Assembly (NCBI RefSeq): GCF_000002075.1 | Contig: NW_004797602.1 | Coordinates: forward strand, 452,977-516,976 | Source of the DNA: Aplysia californica | Lineage: Eukaryota | Reading direction: 5' to 3' | DNA: 64,000 bases | Shown here: piece by piece, positions 44,124-58,200 of the stretch | How positions within the stretch are numbered: position 1 is the stretch's first letter | Layout of the letters: the number at the start of each line of letters is the position of its first letter | The notes under the pieces: generated by a model | Told to the model about the DNA's origin: nothing | Seen by the model: the letters and a program-made list of their open reading frames with translations, nothing else | Database searches by the model: none | Translations under genes and position numbers: made by a program

Positions 44124-45328
44124 TTTAAAAAATGTTTTGCTATCGAGTTTCCCCATCTATCTGCTGTTATGTGATTCCTCTCAGCTTGGGTTGGCCTTGA
44201 CATACTCATGGTCAAAGAAACCCGCCTCATAAAAGATTTAAATTGTGCCGATTGGGGCGTAAAACATTAACGATGACATTTACAACCCCCTGAGTGCGAA
44301 CAAAAGAATTAGAGGACATTCATTTTCTTCAAGTTGCAGTTTATGTGAACTTGACATTACAGTGTGACCTTCATTAACCAACGAGACTGGATGAAGCTTT
44401 TGTCGATGCTCGTGGCGGGAGATTAAATGTACGCCGGGAGACAGCCTTTGAGAACATCACTGGACAATAACTAATACTGTAAGTCATCAAGATTCCACAG
44501 ACCTTTTTTTACTTTGTTCTTCAAATGAATATACCGGAAATTTACAATGTTGATTACTTTCTTTTTCGGATGCTTAGTCTTACCTTTTCTTTCTTTAAAA
44601 AAAAAATTAATTAATCAGTGTTGAGTAAATTGATGCAGAGTGAATTAATTAGGTAGAACTATTTCAATATATATGTAATATNNNNNNNNNNNNNNNNNNN
44701 NNNNNNNNNNNNNNNNNNNNNNNNNNNNNNNNNNNNNNNNNNNNNNNNNNNNNNNNNNNNNNNNNNNNNNNNNNNNNNNNNGCGACAGCAGAGGACAATT
44801 TTTAATATTGATTTATTTTCAAGGCGACACAGCGTTCATAATGCACAACCTGCATGTTACAAATGTTGCGTTTTCTATCAGACTATTACCGGAAAATTTC
44901 TGGGCGGTAACGAAAGCAGATCTTGATTCTTCCCGATCGAGCCTCGGTGTCACACATACACTTCCGTCACAGCGGTTCAATTACGTTTCCTCTTTAGGAT
45001 TTATCAACCATACAGTCTAGATAGCTGCACATTACACAGGCCCTATCCTTTCCCGACTTACCGACCCATCACAAAATTCCCGACTTTTTCCCGACCTATC
45101 TCAAAATTCCCGACTTTTTCCAGATTTCCCGACCCTGTGGGGACCCTGTAACTATGTTATACTATTGTAGAGCGCATGAAACACTTTCCCCAGTGGAAAT
45201 ACGCTGCTATATGTGACTTATTTCTATCATCTCAGACATTTCTGGAAAGGGGTCTTCCCCAGACAGCGATGAATGAAAGATGTGAGCAAAGTGAAAAGAA
45301 CAAGAAGTTGTGAGACAGTGATAGCCTG

Positions 45329-45887
45329 TCAGGACTGCTGCATCTCCTGATCATCGAACGTCTGGAAAAAGTCTCTGTGCTCCCCACCCAGCCCAACACC
45401 CACTCCGCTTCTGCTGGTTCTCATAACATTGTTGTTGTTATTGTTGTTGCAGTTGTTGTCGATGTGACCTTGGCTTCTGTTACTTAGGTCAACATTGAAC
45501 ATACTTGGCTCACACGATGATGAAACTCGACAAGAGGAAACCTGCGTCAGAATGGTCGATGACGGGGAACAACAGAAGCCCCCTCTCGATACGACACGCT
45601 CGTGAAAACTGCCAGATGATAGTTTCTCAGTTGTTGCACCACCGTCATCGACATTGACGTCCATGCTACTGTCGTCTGCGTTTGTTGAAGTTAAAAAGTT
45701 CTTGTTGTTGCTGTTGTGTCTATTGTTTGAGGGACTCACACACGTGTTTTGAGAAGACACGTTGAGATTGGAAGAGGAGGTAGTCACAACCACTGATGAA
45801 TTGCTCTGTGGGTCGTCACATTTCAGAAACTCTCTGATGGCTGCTGCAGGTGACTGCCACAGCACAAGCTGCATGCACGGTTTTTGT
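45329..45887 (-). CDS. CCDC117-like last exon (QKPCMQLVLWQSP...DDQEMQQS*)
   Basis: tttcag acceptor, open to TGA, S/N-rich low-complexity tail. Confidence 0.85.
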
Positions 45888-46369
45888 CTGAAAAAAAAAC
45901 AACAACAAAAAACAAAACAGTTGAATCTGCTCAAACGCTTATGGCCATCTTTCTAAGACAATCTGTACCTTTGCAATTGACCACTAAATACTCTTGTCAG
46001 TTATAAAAATTAAGAATGCCTTCAAAAGTGGTACAAAGGTGAGGGGCAGAGGGACACGCCATTCTAGTCTAAGTGAGAAAACGGGTTGAAATACTCAAGC
46101 TCTCAAAAGTTTACCAAGAATTGACATCATAGTATATGTCACTCAAGAGCATTTCATGAGGAAAAATATTAGATCTATTGTTCCTAGCTGGGGTGGAAAC
46201 CATATATAACAAGCCCGGTAATAACAGGGATCCGGTAATAACAGGAATTTTTTAAATACACGTTTTTTCCTACTTTTTGTCTCTATTATAAGTTATCGGC
46301 AATAACAGGGCCTCATCGGAGCCCAATCGGTTATAGCAGGGACAAAGGCTTGTATACAATGTGTAAAAA

Positions 46370-46401
<32 letters not shown>

Positions 46402-49400
46402 TGAGAGAGGGAGAGAGAGAGAGAGTGAGAGAGAGAGAGAGAGCAAGTCCACGCAAGCCACGCCACTGCAAGCACACGCAGCGGGTAAAGCNNNNNNNNN
46501 NNNNNNNNNNNNNNNNNNNNNNNNNNNNNNNNNNNNNNNNNNNNNNNNNNNNNNNNNNNNNNNNNNNNNNNNNNNNNNNNNNNNNNNNNNNNNNNNNNNN
46601 NNNNNNNNNNNNNNNNNNNNNNNNNNNNNNNNNNNNNNNNNNNNNNNNNNNNNNNNNNNNNNNNNNNNNNNNNNNNNNNNNNNNNNNNNNNNNNNNNNNN
46701 NNNNNNNNNNNNNNNNNNNNNNNNNNNNNNNNNNNNNNNNNNNNNNNNNNNNNNNNNNNNNNNNNNNNNNNNNNNNNNNNNNNNNNNNNNNNNNNNNNNN
46801 NNNCCCACAAACCCTAACATGCAATAATCATTACCTTGTCTAAAACCCTTGTTCATGGGTACTTGTGGCAAGGGAAACTACCCATGAATAAATACAGCTG
46901 GATTAGTCCACAAATGTTTACTTCCCTTGTATTTCTGATTTAACAGGGATCGGATGTAACAGGATTTTTTTCTCTGGTCCCACCATCCATGTTATATCAG
47001 GTTTCCACTGTATTGGTTTTAATTTTCAAGACGGGCAGTTTTATTTTATGATAAACTCACCAAGAGCTGCATTTATTAATAATTACTGGGACCAGACAGA
47101 AACAACTCGCGGGCTGAATATGGCCCCTGGGCCGTAGTTTCCCCATGCTTGGACTACACAAACCATGGCATGACAAACACTTACACTTCTGCAATCACTT
47201 CTCTCGGCAAAATGGGCTCAGCAGACACCAGCTTCTTGTGTTTGTCAACGTCCAGGATGCCGTCTGCGACCTTCAGCACGGGACCGTCCTCCTGTGTGTT
47301 CCCAGGGTCGACACAAGTGTTCACGTCCTCTTCCAACTCTTCGTCCAGCCTGGGAAAGAAAAAGGTCAACCACCACACATAAATAGATTCTTTATAATTT
47401 GACAACCATAACAAATAAGTAATAATAAATTACATTTTTATTAATCCCTTAAGGGCAATTTGGTTTACAATGGCAGCATATATACATGATACAAAAATAC
47501 ATACACATAAATACTACACAATATTACATGAATAGAGAACAATTTCACAATCAATGCTTTGCTAGTCGCCACTGTTTTTTTAGATAGGGTTGTCATGTCT
47601 TGCTTAAGGAAACACCTCAGTGACCACCCATCTGATCCCCATTTCACCGACATTTACTTGACTTTACTCTTGGGTCTAAACTCATTACCCACTTAGCCAC
47701 TGGAGCCCCCCAGACAGCAAAGGCCCCATTTAGAGCTAGAGATAAAGTCAGCAGTGTCTCTCCTTTTGCTTTAGTCACATCATCGTCATGCCGGTATGTA
47801 TCATATGATGTTTTCAGGTGAAGCAAAAATCTGTTTTATATCATGCAGGACATTGTATAAACACAAAATGTTTCCCCAAAACGCCATTTAAGTGGTGATT
47901 TACTAAAATAGGGAACAAAAAATGCTACTTAAGAGGTTGTCCCGAATCAAAGAGTGAACAGGGGTGGACTACTGTTGACATGAGGAAAAACAGGGAAGAC
48001 CGAGAGAAATCTGGAAATGACAAGAGGAGAGTAAAAACAGAGGAGAAGGAAAAGACCTGAGGCCATAAATGTTGATGGTGAGTACAGGTGATAGTACTAT
48101 GCATAACTCTGCAAAGAGGGTCAATTAGTTATTTATTTTTTCCACCCAATGACAATGAGTTTACCTGTTTTCTATTTCTTGGAAATGCTGCCAAATCGAA
48201 TTGATATTCTCTGTTTGGTCCGCGTAACTTGCAGCTGTCCCTACATCTCTGCTGTGTTCACTTGGACTGATGTGCAAGTTTGCAAATTTATCCAAACATA
48301 AGTACACTTTGGAAGAAGGGGCCCTGTGAAAATAAATATTTAAAGACAATAAAATAAATATAATATTAATAATAATAATAATAATAATATATATCAATAA
48401 TAATCATAATAATAATAATAATAATAACAACAGAAAGTGTCAAACAACAAAGTTTCGGTACCCTGTGACTGCTTCAGATAGGTCCAAACATATTTCAATC
48501 CAGCTAAAACATAATAAAAATGTACAAAGAAAGAAGTGTGAAGAAAGATATTTCTACAACTTTATTTTACTCATTTAAAAATGTTTTCCATTTAGGCAAA
48601 TTTGTGTGCGTTGTCTCAATGCTCTAATATCGACAAACTTCCAGGACCTTACTTTGTGTTTGTTTGTTTGTTTAGTAACTTTAAAAAAAAGTTTTTTCAA
48701 TCTGATATGAGAAACAGTCAATGTCACAGTACTTACTCATTTGGTTCATCTAATGCTCTGCGCTTTGGTCGTTTGATAGGGCTACTGCAGGAAGGGACAT
48801 TTATGCTGCAATAAACACAATATATGAGGTACAGGACAGTGGTGTAGTGAAAAACAAATCAGAATTATTATGTGAGCTGTCATTAAGTGAAAAAAAAAAG
48901 ATAAGAATTTTCAAGTGAGATTCAATGAAGGAGAAAAACAATGAACACGGGCGAACCCATATTTGTGATTTAACCAACCGGTCAATGATCAAACCCAGCT
49001 ACTGAAATTGTATCTTGGCATTAGAAATAACAATAGAAAAGCTTAGAAGAATAATAACATGATCAAACCACACATCTCCATTAGCAGCAGCTGTGGCTAT
49101 AGAGCAGAGCTGCCGGGTAACATTTTACACAAGAGTCCTGACATTCTGCAAAAAAACAACATATTAAGCTATTACAAGGTTCCCACTCATCAAGGAGAAA
49201 AAATTTCCAGGCTTTTTCCTGGTTGACGCCTGGATTTTGTAACTATTTTCAAAATGGCTTTTTTAAAAAGATGACAGAGCTAGGGAAGAAGAAATGAAGA
49301 GAAACGCAAGATAAAATTGTAACGTGGGTGGTCACGTTTCCTGTAGTGCCAAGGGCAGGGATTGTTGGGTAACTAACATAAACAAAGGTGTGATGAAAGA

Positions 49401-52156
49401 GGTCTCGACTTAGGGCAAAAAATGGGGGGGGGGGGGAGAGGGTGTAACTTATTGACTGTTGGCTTGACATTTGCAAAAACAAAAGAAACCAAGGGGACAC
49501 GTTGGAAGCCCTTGATTCTGATTGTGCATCACATACACAACACAACGCTGCAACTGATTTTTAAAGTTTCAAACTGGATCTATTTTTGTTTTTTGTTGTT
49601 TTTAAAAGCTTGACCTAAGCTGTCATCCACAACACAAAGGCACCGAAATTTTTAAACACCTTGTCAAAATAATGTTGGCTGTACTCCCAGCTATTGTTTT
49701 TCTAAGGGCACAGCGGCACAGAGTGACTACAAGGCTTTAAGCACAGAGGGTGTTGAAGTTAGATGTAGACTGTTGGGATCTTCCTCTTCCTTACCTACGT
49801 GCCGGGAAGGAGGGGATGGGTTGGGGTAGCCAAACAGAAAATAGCGTCTCCAATACATTTTCATTCATTTTCAAGGTGTTTTAGCGACCGGGAAATCTGA
49901 AAATAAAACTGGATTTTTTCCATTTTCCCGGTTGAATGGGGAACCCTGCTAATAGTTACAAGTCAAACTTTCCTTAGCAGTCACCTCTCCATGACTATCA
50001 CTTGTAAGTCAACTAAATGTCACTGTTCCATGACCCCCTAGCGTTTTTCCTATTTTCTTAACCTGCCCTTAGCGGTTTTTGTTCAAAGCGGAAATGGTCA
50101 GTCACTTTTGTTACAAGTCAGCTTCAAAAATCTGCTCCTAGCAGTCAATTGCTACAAAAGTTTTTCACCAACTCATCTGTGTATATGTTCGGCAGCTCTT
50201 ATGATGTCTGTCAATTTTTATGGATATGACATGGGAAGAGAAAATTAAGATTTCAGCTTTTAAAGTATCTGTTGACTTTATCAAGTCTTAATAAGTGACC
50301 ATAACTCAAGATATTTTTCTGTAGTCTTGGGTGACCCTAATGGACAGGTTCAACAGCACTGAAAAGAAAAATCAAAACCAGACCACATCTGAGCACCCAC
50401 CAATCTTTAACAAAAAGCTAAGACGCCTTGACCGCTATTTCACCCTAGAAGTCCATGCGTCTGGCGGTAACGAATCAACGAAGAGCCTCCGCCGGCAACA
50501 AAATCAATGCCCATGCGGACAGGTAAGTCCCGCTGGAGAAAGCATGCCCAGAACCTCGTAGCTGAAACTGAACTAGGTATGTACTCAAGTGAGGAGCTGA
50601 TTATTTTACACCCCCACCAAATGTGGAAGGCTGCATCATGCAACTTGAAATTAAGCACCAATCTCGTCATCCGCCTCTCATACGGCCCTACTAACCAAAC
50701 GGAAAAGGTGGCGTGCTCGATCTGGCAGTGTCTGCACACCCTCCATCAACGCTCCGAATGTTCCATCCACTTACAGTGGATTCCAGTCCATGCTGGACTG
50801 GCTGGGAACGAGGAAGTTGACAGCATCGCCAAAGAAGCAACAGCGCTTACCCAGACTGACACACCAATCGATTTCTCGACAGCTGAAGCCATCATCCACC
50901 GGTCGACCTGCGTAAAGTGGAAGAGAGAGGCGAAACCCAAACTGTCGTCTGCCCAGCCGCCATCGTACCAGCTTGAGGCTTCGCTCAGATGACAGGACTG
51001 CCAGCTTCTCTCCCAAATGAGAACTGGTGGAAAATCGCCCAGGCTGAGATCATATTTCTACAAAATTGTGCCAGCGGACTACCCAGATCCGTCCTATCAA
51101 GCCTGAACGGAGTTTTTTTTAGTTTTAGTAAGTGTTTTACGACCCTTGCAACACAATGAGGTCAAATAAGTGCCGAAGATTAGAGGTGTTCCAAGAGAGT
51201 AACAAACACAAAAAAGAAGGAGGGGAGATAAAGACGATAGATGTTTGATAGGAAAGAAGAAGCAAACCACACCAGAGCACCCGCCAACCAACCACCTGCA
51301 AGGAGTAGGATGAGACTATGGACCATGTGTTCCTGAAAAGTCTTGCCAACTATCGTGCCAGAACAAGTCTGCTGGGACATTTCAGGGACCCACGTTAAGC
51401 GCTTTCCAAGGACCCCGAGCAAGTGTTGAGTTCCTGTGTGCTGTTGGCATCCCTGACCCTTTATGACACCACAGCGCCAGAAAAGAGAGCAGAGAGAGAG
51501 AGAGAACAAAAAGCTAGTGATAAAAACTCATTCTTTTCTAATGAGTTTTTCCGGCCAGGGACCATGAGCTTGGGACAGTTTACAATTAAATGGTTATTCA
51601 AGTACTGAAAAAAATAAATACAACAGCAACTACAACAACAATGAAAAAACATAAAAACTCACTGCGAAGGGATGCCAGTAAAAAGCGAGGCATTACCCAG
51701 GCCAACCTGGCGCATAGGTACAGCTTGTGTGGCGACCCACGGCATTGTTGTGGGAATGGAATGTTGCCATGACGCTCCCACACCTGGAGCACTGAGGTTG
51801 CTGATTCGGCTGGTCGTCTGAGGAGCAAAAAAAAATAAAATATTTGCTTATTGTTTTGGTTTTGAGTTATTTTTGCTGAAGTAAAATGCCTTCCACAGGG
51901 GAAAAGGGTCAAAGGGAAGGCCATGTGGAACCTGAAGTAGAGTCACAGAGAATGATGTCCAGAAAAGTGGAAAGACAAAAAATATGTCAAGAAGCTAGCT
52001 CAGGAAAAGAAAAAGATATGGAAAATGGTTTTTTTTATATCATGTTCCTGATGAAGCCCTTTACTGGGCGAAACATTGAACCTGTATAAATTTTGAAAAT
52101 TCTACCACTCTCAACCCTTTTTTATTCCTTGCTATTTACAATGATTATGATGATGT

Positions 52157-52214
<58 letters not shown>

Positions 52215-55200
52215 AATGATGGCCTACTAAGGCAGGACGTATCGTGCAGAAAAAAGATCCGCCCTAAGAGGGGCTGACAGGAGTTCAACACTCTGAAAAA
52301 GGACACACATACAACTGACAATACATGAAAAAGACAGAGCAGCAAAAATCTACAGTGGGTCTATTACAAACAATTGTGAATTCCATTACACTTTGTTTCA
52401 GTAAGAGTTTTACGACACTGGCAACACAATAAGGTCATATAAATGCCGAAGATTAGAGGTGTTAAAAAAGAGTAACAAACACAAACAAGAACGGGAAGAG
52501 ATCAGGACAATAGACAGATGTTGGATAGGAAAGAAGGAGCAAACCGCACCACAGCACCCGCCAACCACCCACCCATTACACATGATCTAGTCTGAACTTT
52601 TTGTCAACATATTGTCCCAAAACTGTTCATGATGTTACTACTAAGCCCAAATTTGATTTTTTTTAATGGTCTAAATATGTGGTACCATATTGGTTGCATG
52701 TGCTCGATAAATATTTTGTTTAAATTTTAAATTCTAAAAGTTGAAAAAAAAAAGGTATAGAAATACTATATATGTATATTGGTAGATGAAATAAAGCAGT
52801 AAAAAAAAAAAAAATGTCTTGTAAGTTGTTTTTTTCCTTTCTGGGCTTACAATAGTTGAACAGCACGCTTGCAATAACAAATGTTGGTCTTATGTCCACC
52901 CACCTTACTAAGGGCAGGAAACAGTGAAAGGGGACCACAGCTTGAATAGTCATAACATAAGGGGTCAAGGTCAGAGAGTTCATAAGTTTTTGTTGCTTTA
53001 AATCTATTGTGCATGGATCCTCAAGATCCACTTTTGACAGCTTAATCCTTTCAAGGACCAGACATCAAATTCATATGAGAAAAAATAAAACCCAGTAAAC
53101 AAATATACAAAATTCTTTTTCAATAGCATGTTAAGACTAAGATTTTAAATGTTTTTTCAATATTTACCTGAATACAAGGCCGAGGGGTGGCAGAAGTGTT
53201 ACACTGAGTTGGTGTGGTGAATGTAAAACTATTTTGCGGCACTGACCCACTTCGGAAGTGAAGAGCTGTTGGTAAAACATGTGCAAATGTTGCTGCAGAG
53301 ATATCTGAAAGAGGCGTAAAAAAAGTTTATTATAACATATGTATAAAGACACAAGTTGAATGAAATATATTGTGTTTTTCAAAATTTGAAAAAAAAAACC
53401 CTTTCGCTTTCGGACTCGCGACTGTAAGGTCACGGGTTCAAATCTCTTGAGGGACCAGACATTGTGTCCTTGGGAAAGGCACGCCTCACTTTTCATGAAT
53501 TTTCCTCACTTCATCCAGGTAGGAATGGGTACCTGGCTATAGTCAGCAGAAGATCTTGTCAGTTTGTTAGTGCTTAAGCGTGTGCAATCTGCAGCTTGCA
53601 CTGTAAGCTTCTCAAGATGTTGAGAATGTTTCCGAGTGTTGTAGAGTCTGCTGGGGTAATATTAGTTATAAAATGCATTGAGCATGCTATGGAGCGGGGA
53701 TATAATATAAGCTAATATATAAATACTATGTGTCTCGATGGGGTAGGATCAGACGATCGTCAATTTTTTGGCATATAGAGAAGTAAATATCATCTTAAAG
53801 CTTGTTCATTAGTTATTTGGCAAAAACCCCCCCCAAAACAGCCCATCTATCTTGAATAGAAGTCGAGATAATAGCGATTTAATATAATTTAAAGAGATAG
53901 GGGTCGCCTGGTGTGAGAGGTAAAATTAGTGAGAAAATGGCTGCCAAAATTCGGTGACTTCCGAAGCGTGAGTGCCCATGGAAACTGGAAATTTACATTT
54001 TTTGTGCCCTAAATCAACCTCTTTCTGAAACATCCACACAGAAATGTGTTTTTAAAAAGATATAAAAGGTGCTGAGCAAAAAAAATTGACAAAAATTGAC
54101 AAAAATTGCCAAATGCCCCGAAAAATGCTGGTTTCTTCTATTTCATTATTTTTGACGAGCGCCTGATTTCATTATTCTGCCTCACATATATATGTAATAA
54201 TAATCACAGAGTTTTAATTTAATGGTAGTTTTAAGTTGGCCATTTAAGTTTCACAAAACATTAATGACTAGACAAATCATATGAAATGGGACTAAACCTG
54301 GTAGTAGTCAGTAACACTGAGAAACTAGTTTGCAAACAGGTTTTTTTTAAGTTACACAAAATCAAAACCAATCTTAACATGATGAGGTGAGGGCACTGTC
54401 ACGTCACTCATTAGACCATGAATGCCTGAGTCTCAAGGTCAATATTGTTTCCACTCCCCTTTCTATTCCTTACACCTCACCGTGATAGAGTCGAACAACA
54501 TTGTCGCCACTCCCTGATATAAAAGTCATAGAGGCAAAATATTGTAGGATCAATTGTGAAGGTGTTTGTTATACACATGGGTATAGTTAATGTGAACAAC
54601 ATTATAACGCAATGGTAATGAAAAAGTTAATTTCAAATTCTTTTTAAAAAGTCACTACAACAACTGTTAAACTCATTTTGCACACTGTACCATTATACTA
54701 TCACCACCCTTTCTTAGATCCTCTTAAAACCTTTTCTATTACTGTACAGTCAAACCCTGTTATACCGTCAATCTTGGGACAAGCATGAGATTGGTGGCAC
54801 AACGAAGTTTCTATGTTCTCTGTTAAATAACATGTATGTAGCATCGACTGCCCAATGTCAAGGGAACCTGTTTACCAATCACTAGATGAAGTAATGAGTA
54901 ATTGACAGATATTTTGCGGGGGGCCAGCCAAGATGAAGAGGTTCCCTTAAAGTTTCTCCATGTGACTTAAAAATGTAATTCCATTTCTTAAAAAAATATT
55001 GACCAAGGTCTAAAAATAAGAGCATTTTTATAATCAGCGTATCAAATATAGTCGGACTCACACGTGAGCAAAGTTTGATGCTGAATTACAAAGTTATGTT
55101 TTATTTTAATTGTACTTGTACTCTTCTATATTACAACACCAAAAAAAAAATATGTTGTGTTCACTTGCGACACATTATATCACTATATAGATCTACCCAC

Positions 55201-58200
55201 ATATATATATAAAATTTTATTGCCTGAAATATCTACAAAACAGAGGAGTAGGGAAGTAGGATGAGTAGGAAGGGAGCAAATCTGCAAAAAGCGTTTGATC
55301 AAGACCTAGGCCTGCCGTGCTTCGTGTGTACTGTGTACTTCTGGCGGCCAGTTCGCTGGCAGTACAGCGGGATAAATTTACAAAGTTGAATAAGGACCGT
55401 ACAACTGAGACAGTTGGCGGACAGAGAAGCACAAATACTATGTTTATATAGGGAGTTCTTTTTGTACATAGGCAAAACCTGGCAGTAAGCGGGGTTGGTG
55501 GTACAACAAGGTTTGATTACAGGTGTCAATTTTTCTTTGTTCTCCCATCGCAGTAACATGATATATTGGCTCTGGATTTTTTCTGTTCTACTTAAATTCT
55601 TAAAGCAACGTGACTTTGAAGAACACAATTTTGAGGGGAAAAAAGTACCGTCTAACATTTTATTCAGATTTTGAAAATTCAGGGAATTGGGTGAAATTCG
55701 ACTAGGCCTACCACATTTCCTGTTAACTGTTGCTGCAGAACACACAAATATATTATATATATATATATATATGGCCAATAAAACCCTTTTGCAAATCAAC
55801 AGTTTCAAGAAAATATCAAATCTAATTTTTGCCAAAAACATCAAATTATGGTGAAATACAGAGGGGCAAGCCACCGTCTCAGTCACCCTGACACCCCCCC
55901 CCCCCCATTTTTTTAAGGCGGACAGGGCTGAAACCCCTCATGTTACTATAGATCTAAACATGCCAAATATTACAAAGCCGTTGGCCATACTGAAATATAG
56001 ATCAAGTTCGTATTTCTCAATAAAACTAAGGAAGAGGCTAGCCATACTTAATGACTGCCAGACGCCAAAGCTAGTCGTACTTAAGGACGGCTAGATCTAG
56101 ACAGGCAGGCTAGTCACAGTACTTAAAGACAGCTAGACTAGCAGGCTAGTCGTACTTAATGACAATTAGACGGCTAGGCTTGCCGTACTTTTTTCCCGCA
56201 AAAAACAAAAGTAGGATAGTTCGAAAAATGTTATCGATATTGTCTGGGATCGCCGACCCGGGTCTTCCCTTAACGATGGCTAGACTGACTAAATATAAAA
56301 AATACTGAATTGTAAATACAATTTTAGTTTGTAATACCTAAAGTATTTGTGAGGCATCATGGTGAAATCAGGCACATGTCGTCATCAATTCCAGGTGTTT
56401 AAAATTTAAAAAAATAAAAAGTTTCATCCATATTTGATTTTTATGGGTATACTGTATAATTCTGATAGTCGAAGCAGACTCTGTCATTGTGCTGCTGAAG
56501 CTAGAGGGTTGAGCAGAGTAAGTCTGATTCCCTGTAAGGATTTAATCTTTGTTGACATCCACCCCTTGGCGCTCATATATATGCAGTTGCGAGCGCCGTA
56601 AAACCTCTACTAAAACAAATAAAACAAGTCATTCTTGTCAAAGTAACAGGGGTCTACTAAAGGAAAAGGCTTTTCCAACAGCATATTTTACATGATGTTC
56701 AAAATCAGGACAATACAATACATATTCTGATAGTGTTTAAATGGGATGCCCATTGAGGATTAGATCAGGTCGGGTTGTGGGCGATCGCCCCACTTGTCGC
56801 GTTAAAGCAAAAACGCATTTTTTTAGTCGACTAGTCGGGAGCGATCAGCTTATTATAAATGCCACCATAGCCATTTTGTGCCCTCATTATCAGGATTGCG
56901 AACCGCCCCGACCAAGTCCGATTCCCCAATGGGCAACCCTATATATCCGCACAAGGAGTTTGAGTCTGAAATAGCTACTGGAGGCTATTCAGACTCGGGT
57001 ACGAATAGCCACTTCGTTGTCATAATTTTAGTGGTACCAGAACCCCACACACAGAGAAATAACAGGGGCCAAGACAGGTTTCGAGCCTAAGTACCTCTAG
57101 ACTGGGAGGCTAGCCGTACTTAAGGACAAGTACTGCTCGGTACTTAGAAAAACTAAACTAAATTTTTCTGTGGATATAATAAACTTATACAGTCAAAATT
57201 CAAAGCAAAGCAGATAAAAAAGAACAACAAGAAAAGTGCTTTAGAAAGCCTATATTCTGAGTATGAGACAGTTCCATTAGAGTCTACCCCCCCCCCCCCC
57301 AACTAAGATATCTAGATTTAGAATCTCTATATTTAGGCCTATTCTTACACAAATTAAACATAAAATTTACATTGTTGATGGGTGCTGTGACAGTTAAGTA
57401 AATGGCGATTTTGCAGCTTCGTTCGTTGAAGTCCAAACAAAGTTGAAAGCCAGAGACCTTGAATAGCAAGATAGCCATCGTTGAGGAATTGATTTTGAAT
57501 TAAAAGCATGAGACTAGGAAACTACTGATGCCAGAAAATCAAAATTCAAGCAAAGAATGGCGCTTTTTCGGTAGTTCCCATCCCCAAATTATAATTCGCT
57601 GGTTAAGGCCCCACGAGTCAAGAGTAGATGGATTTCAGGAGGACACCCCCCAAAAAAACAACAACTTGGGGGAGTCTCATGCCCCCCTGAATTTAACCAT
57701 AATTTGATGTTTTGCAGTTAGGTTGCATCCCTGTTCTTTGTGTTGCTTATTTGGTCATCAAGACTTATGGATTTCTGCTATGGATGTAAACAAATGGATC
57801 ATGGACTTAAGCGAACGGAACTGCAAGATCTAGTCTAGGCCTAAAAGAATACAAGATCACCCAGCAAATAACCAGCCAGAACTGTTCACTTTCAAGTAAG
57901 AGTTGTAAGTGAGACCCAATCAGCATTCCGAAAGAACCTATCGCATGATTATTTATGGAAGAGGCTAGCCGTACATAAGTACGGCCAGACTGGCAGTCTA
58001 GCCGTACTTATTCTTAATATATGATGGCTAGACTGACCATTTAAAAAAAAATAGGCCAACTGAATTGTGCAGTACCTAAAGTATTTGTATTTGAGACGAA
58101 ACCAGGTGCCTTAATGACAGTGCATCATGTATTTTAAACCTCCTGTTTTCTAATGTTAATAGGGCAGGAAGATAAGTACGGCTAGACAGGCAGGCTAGCC

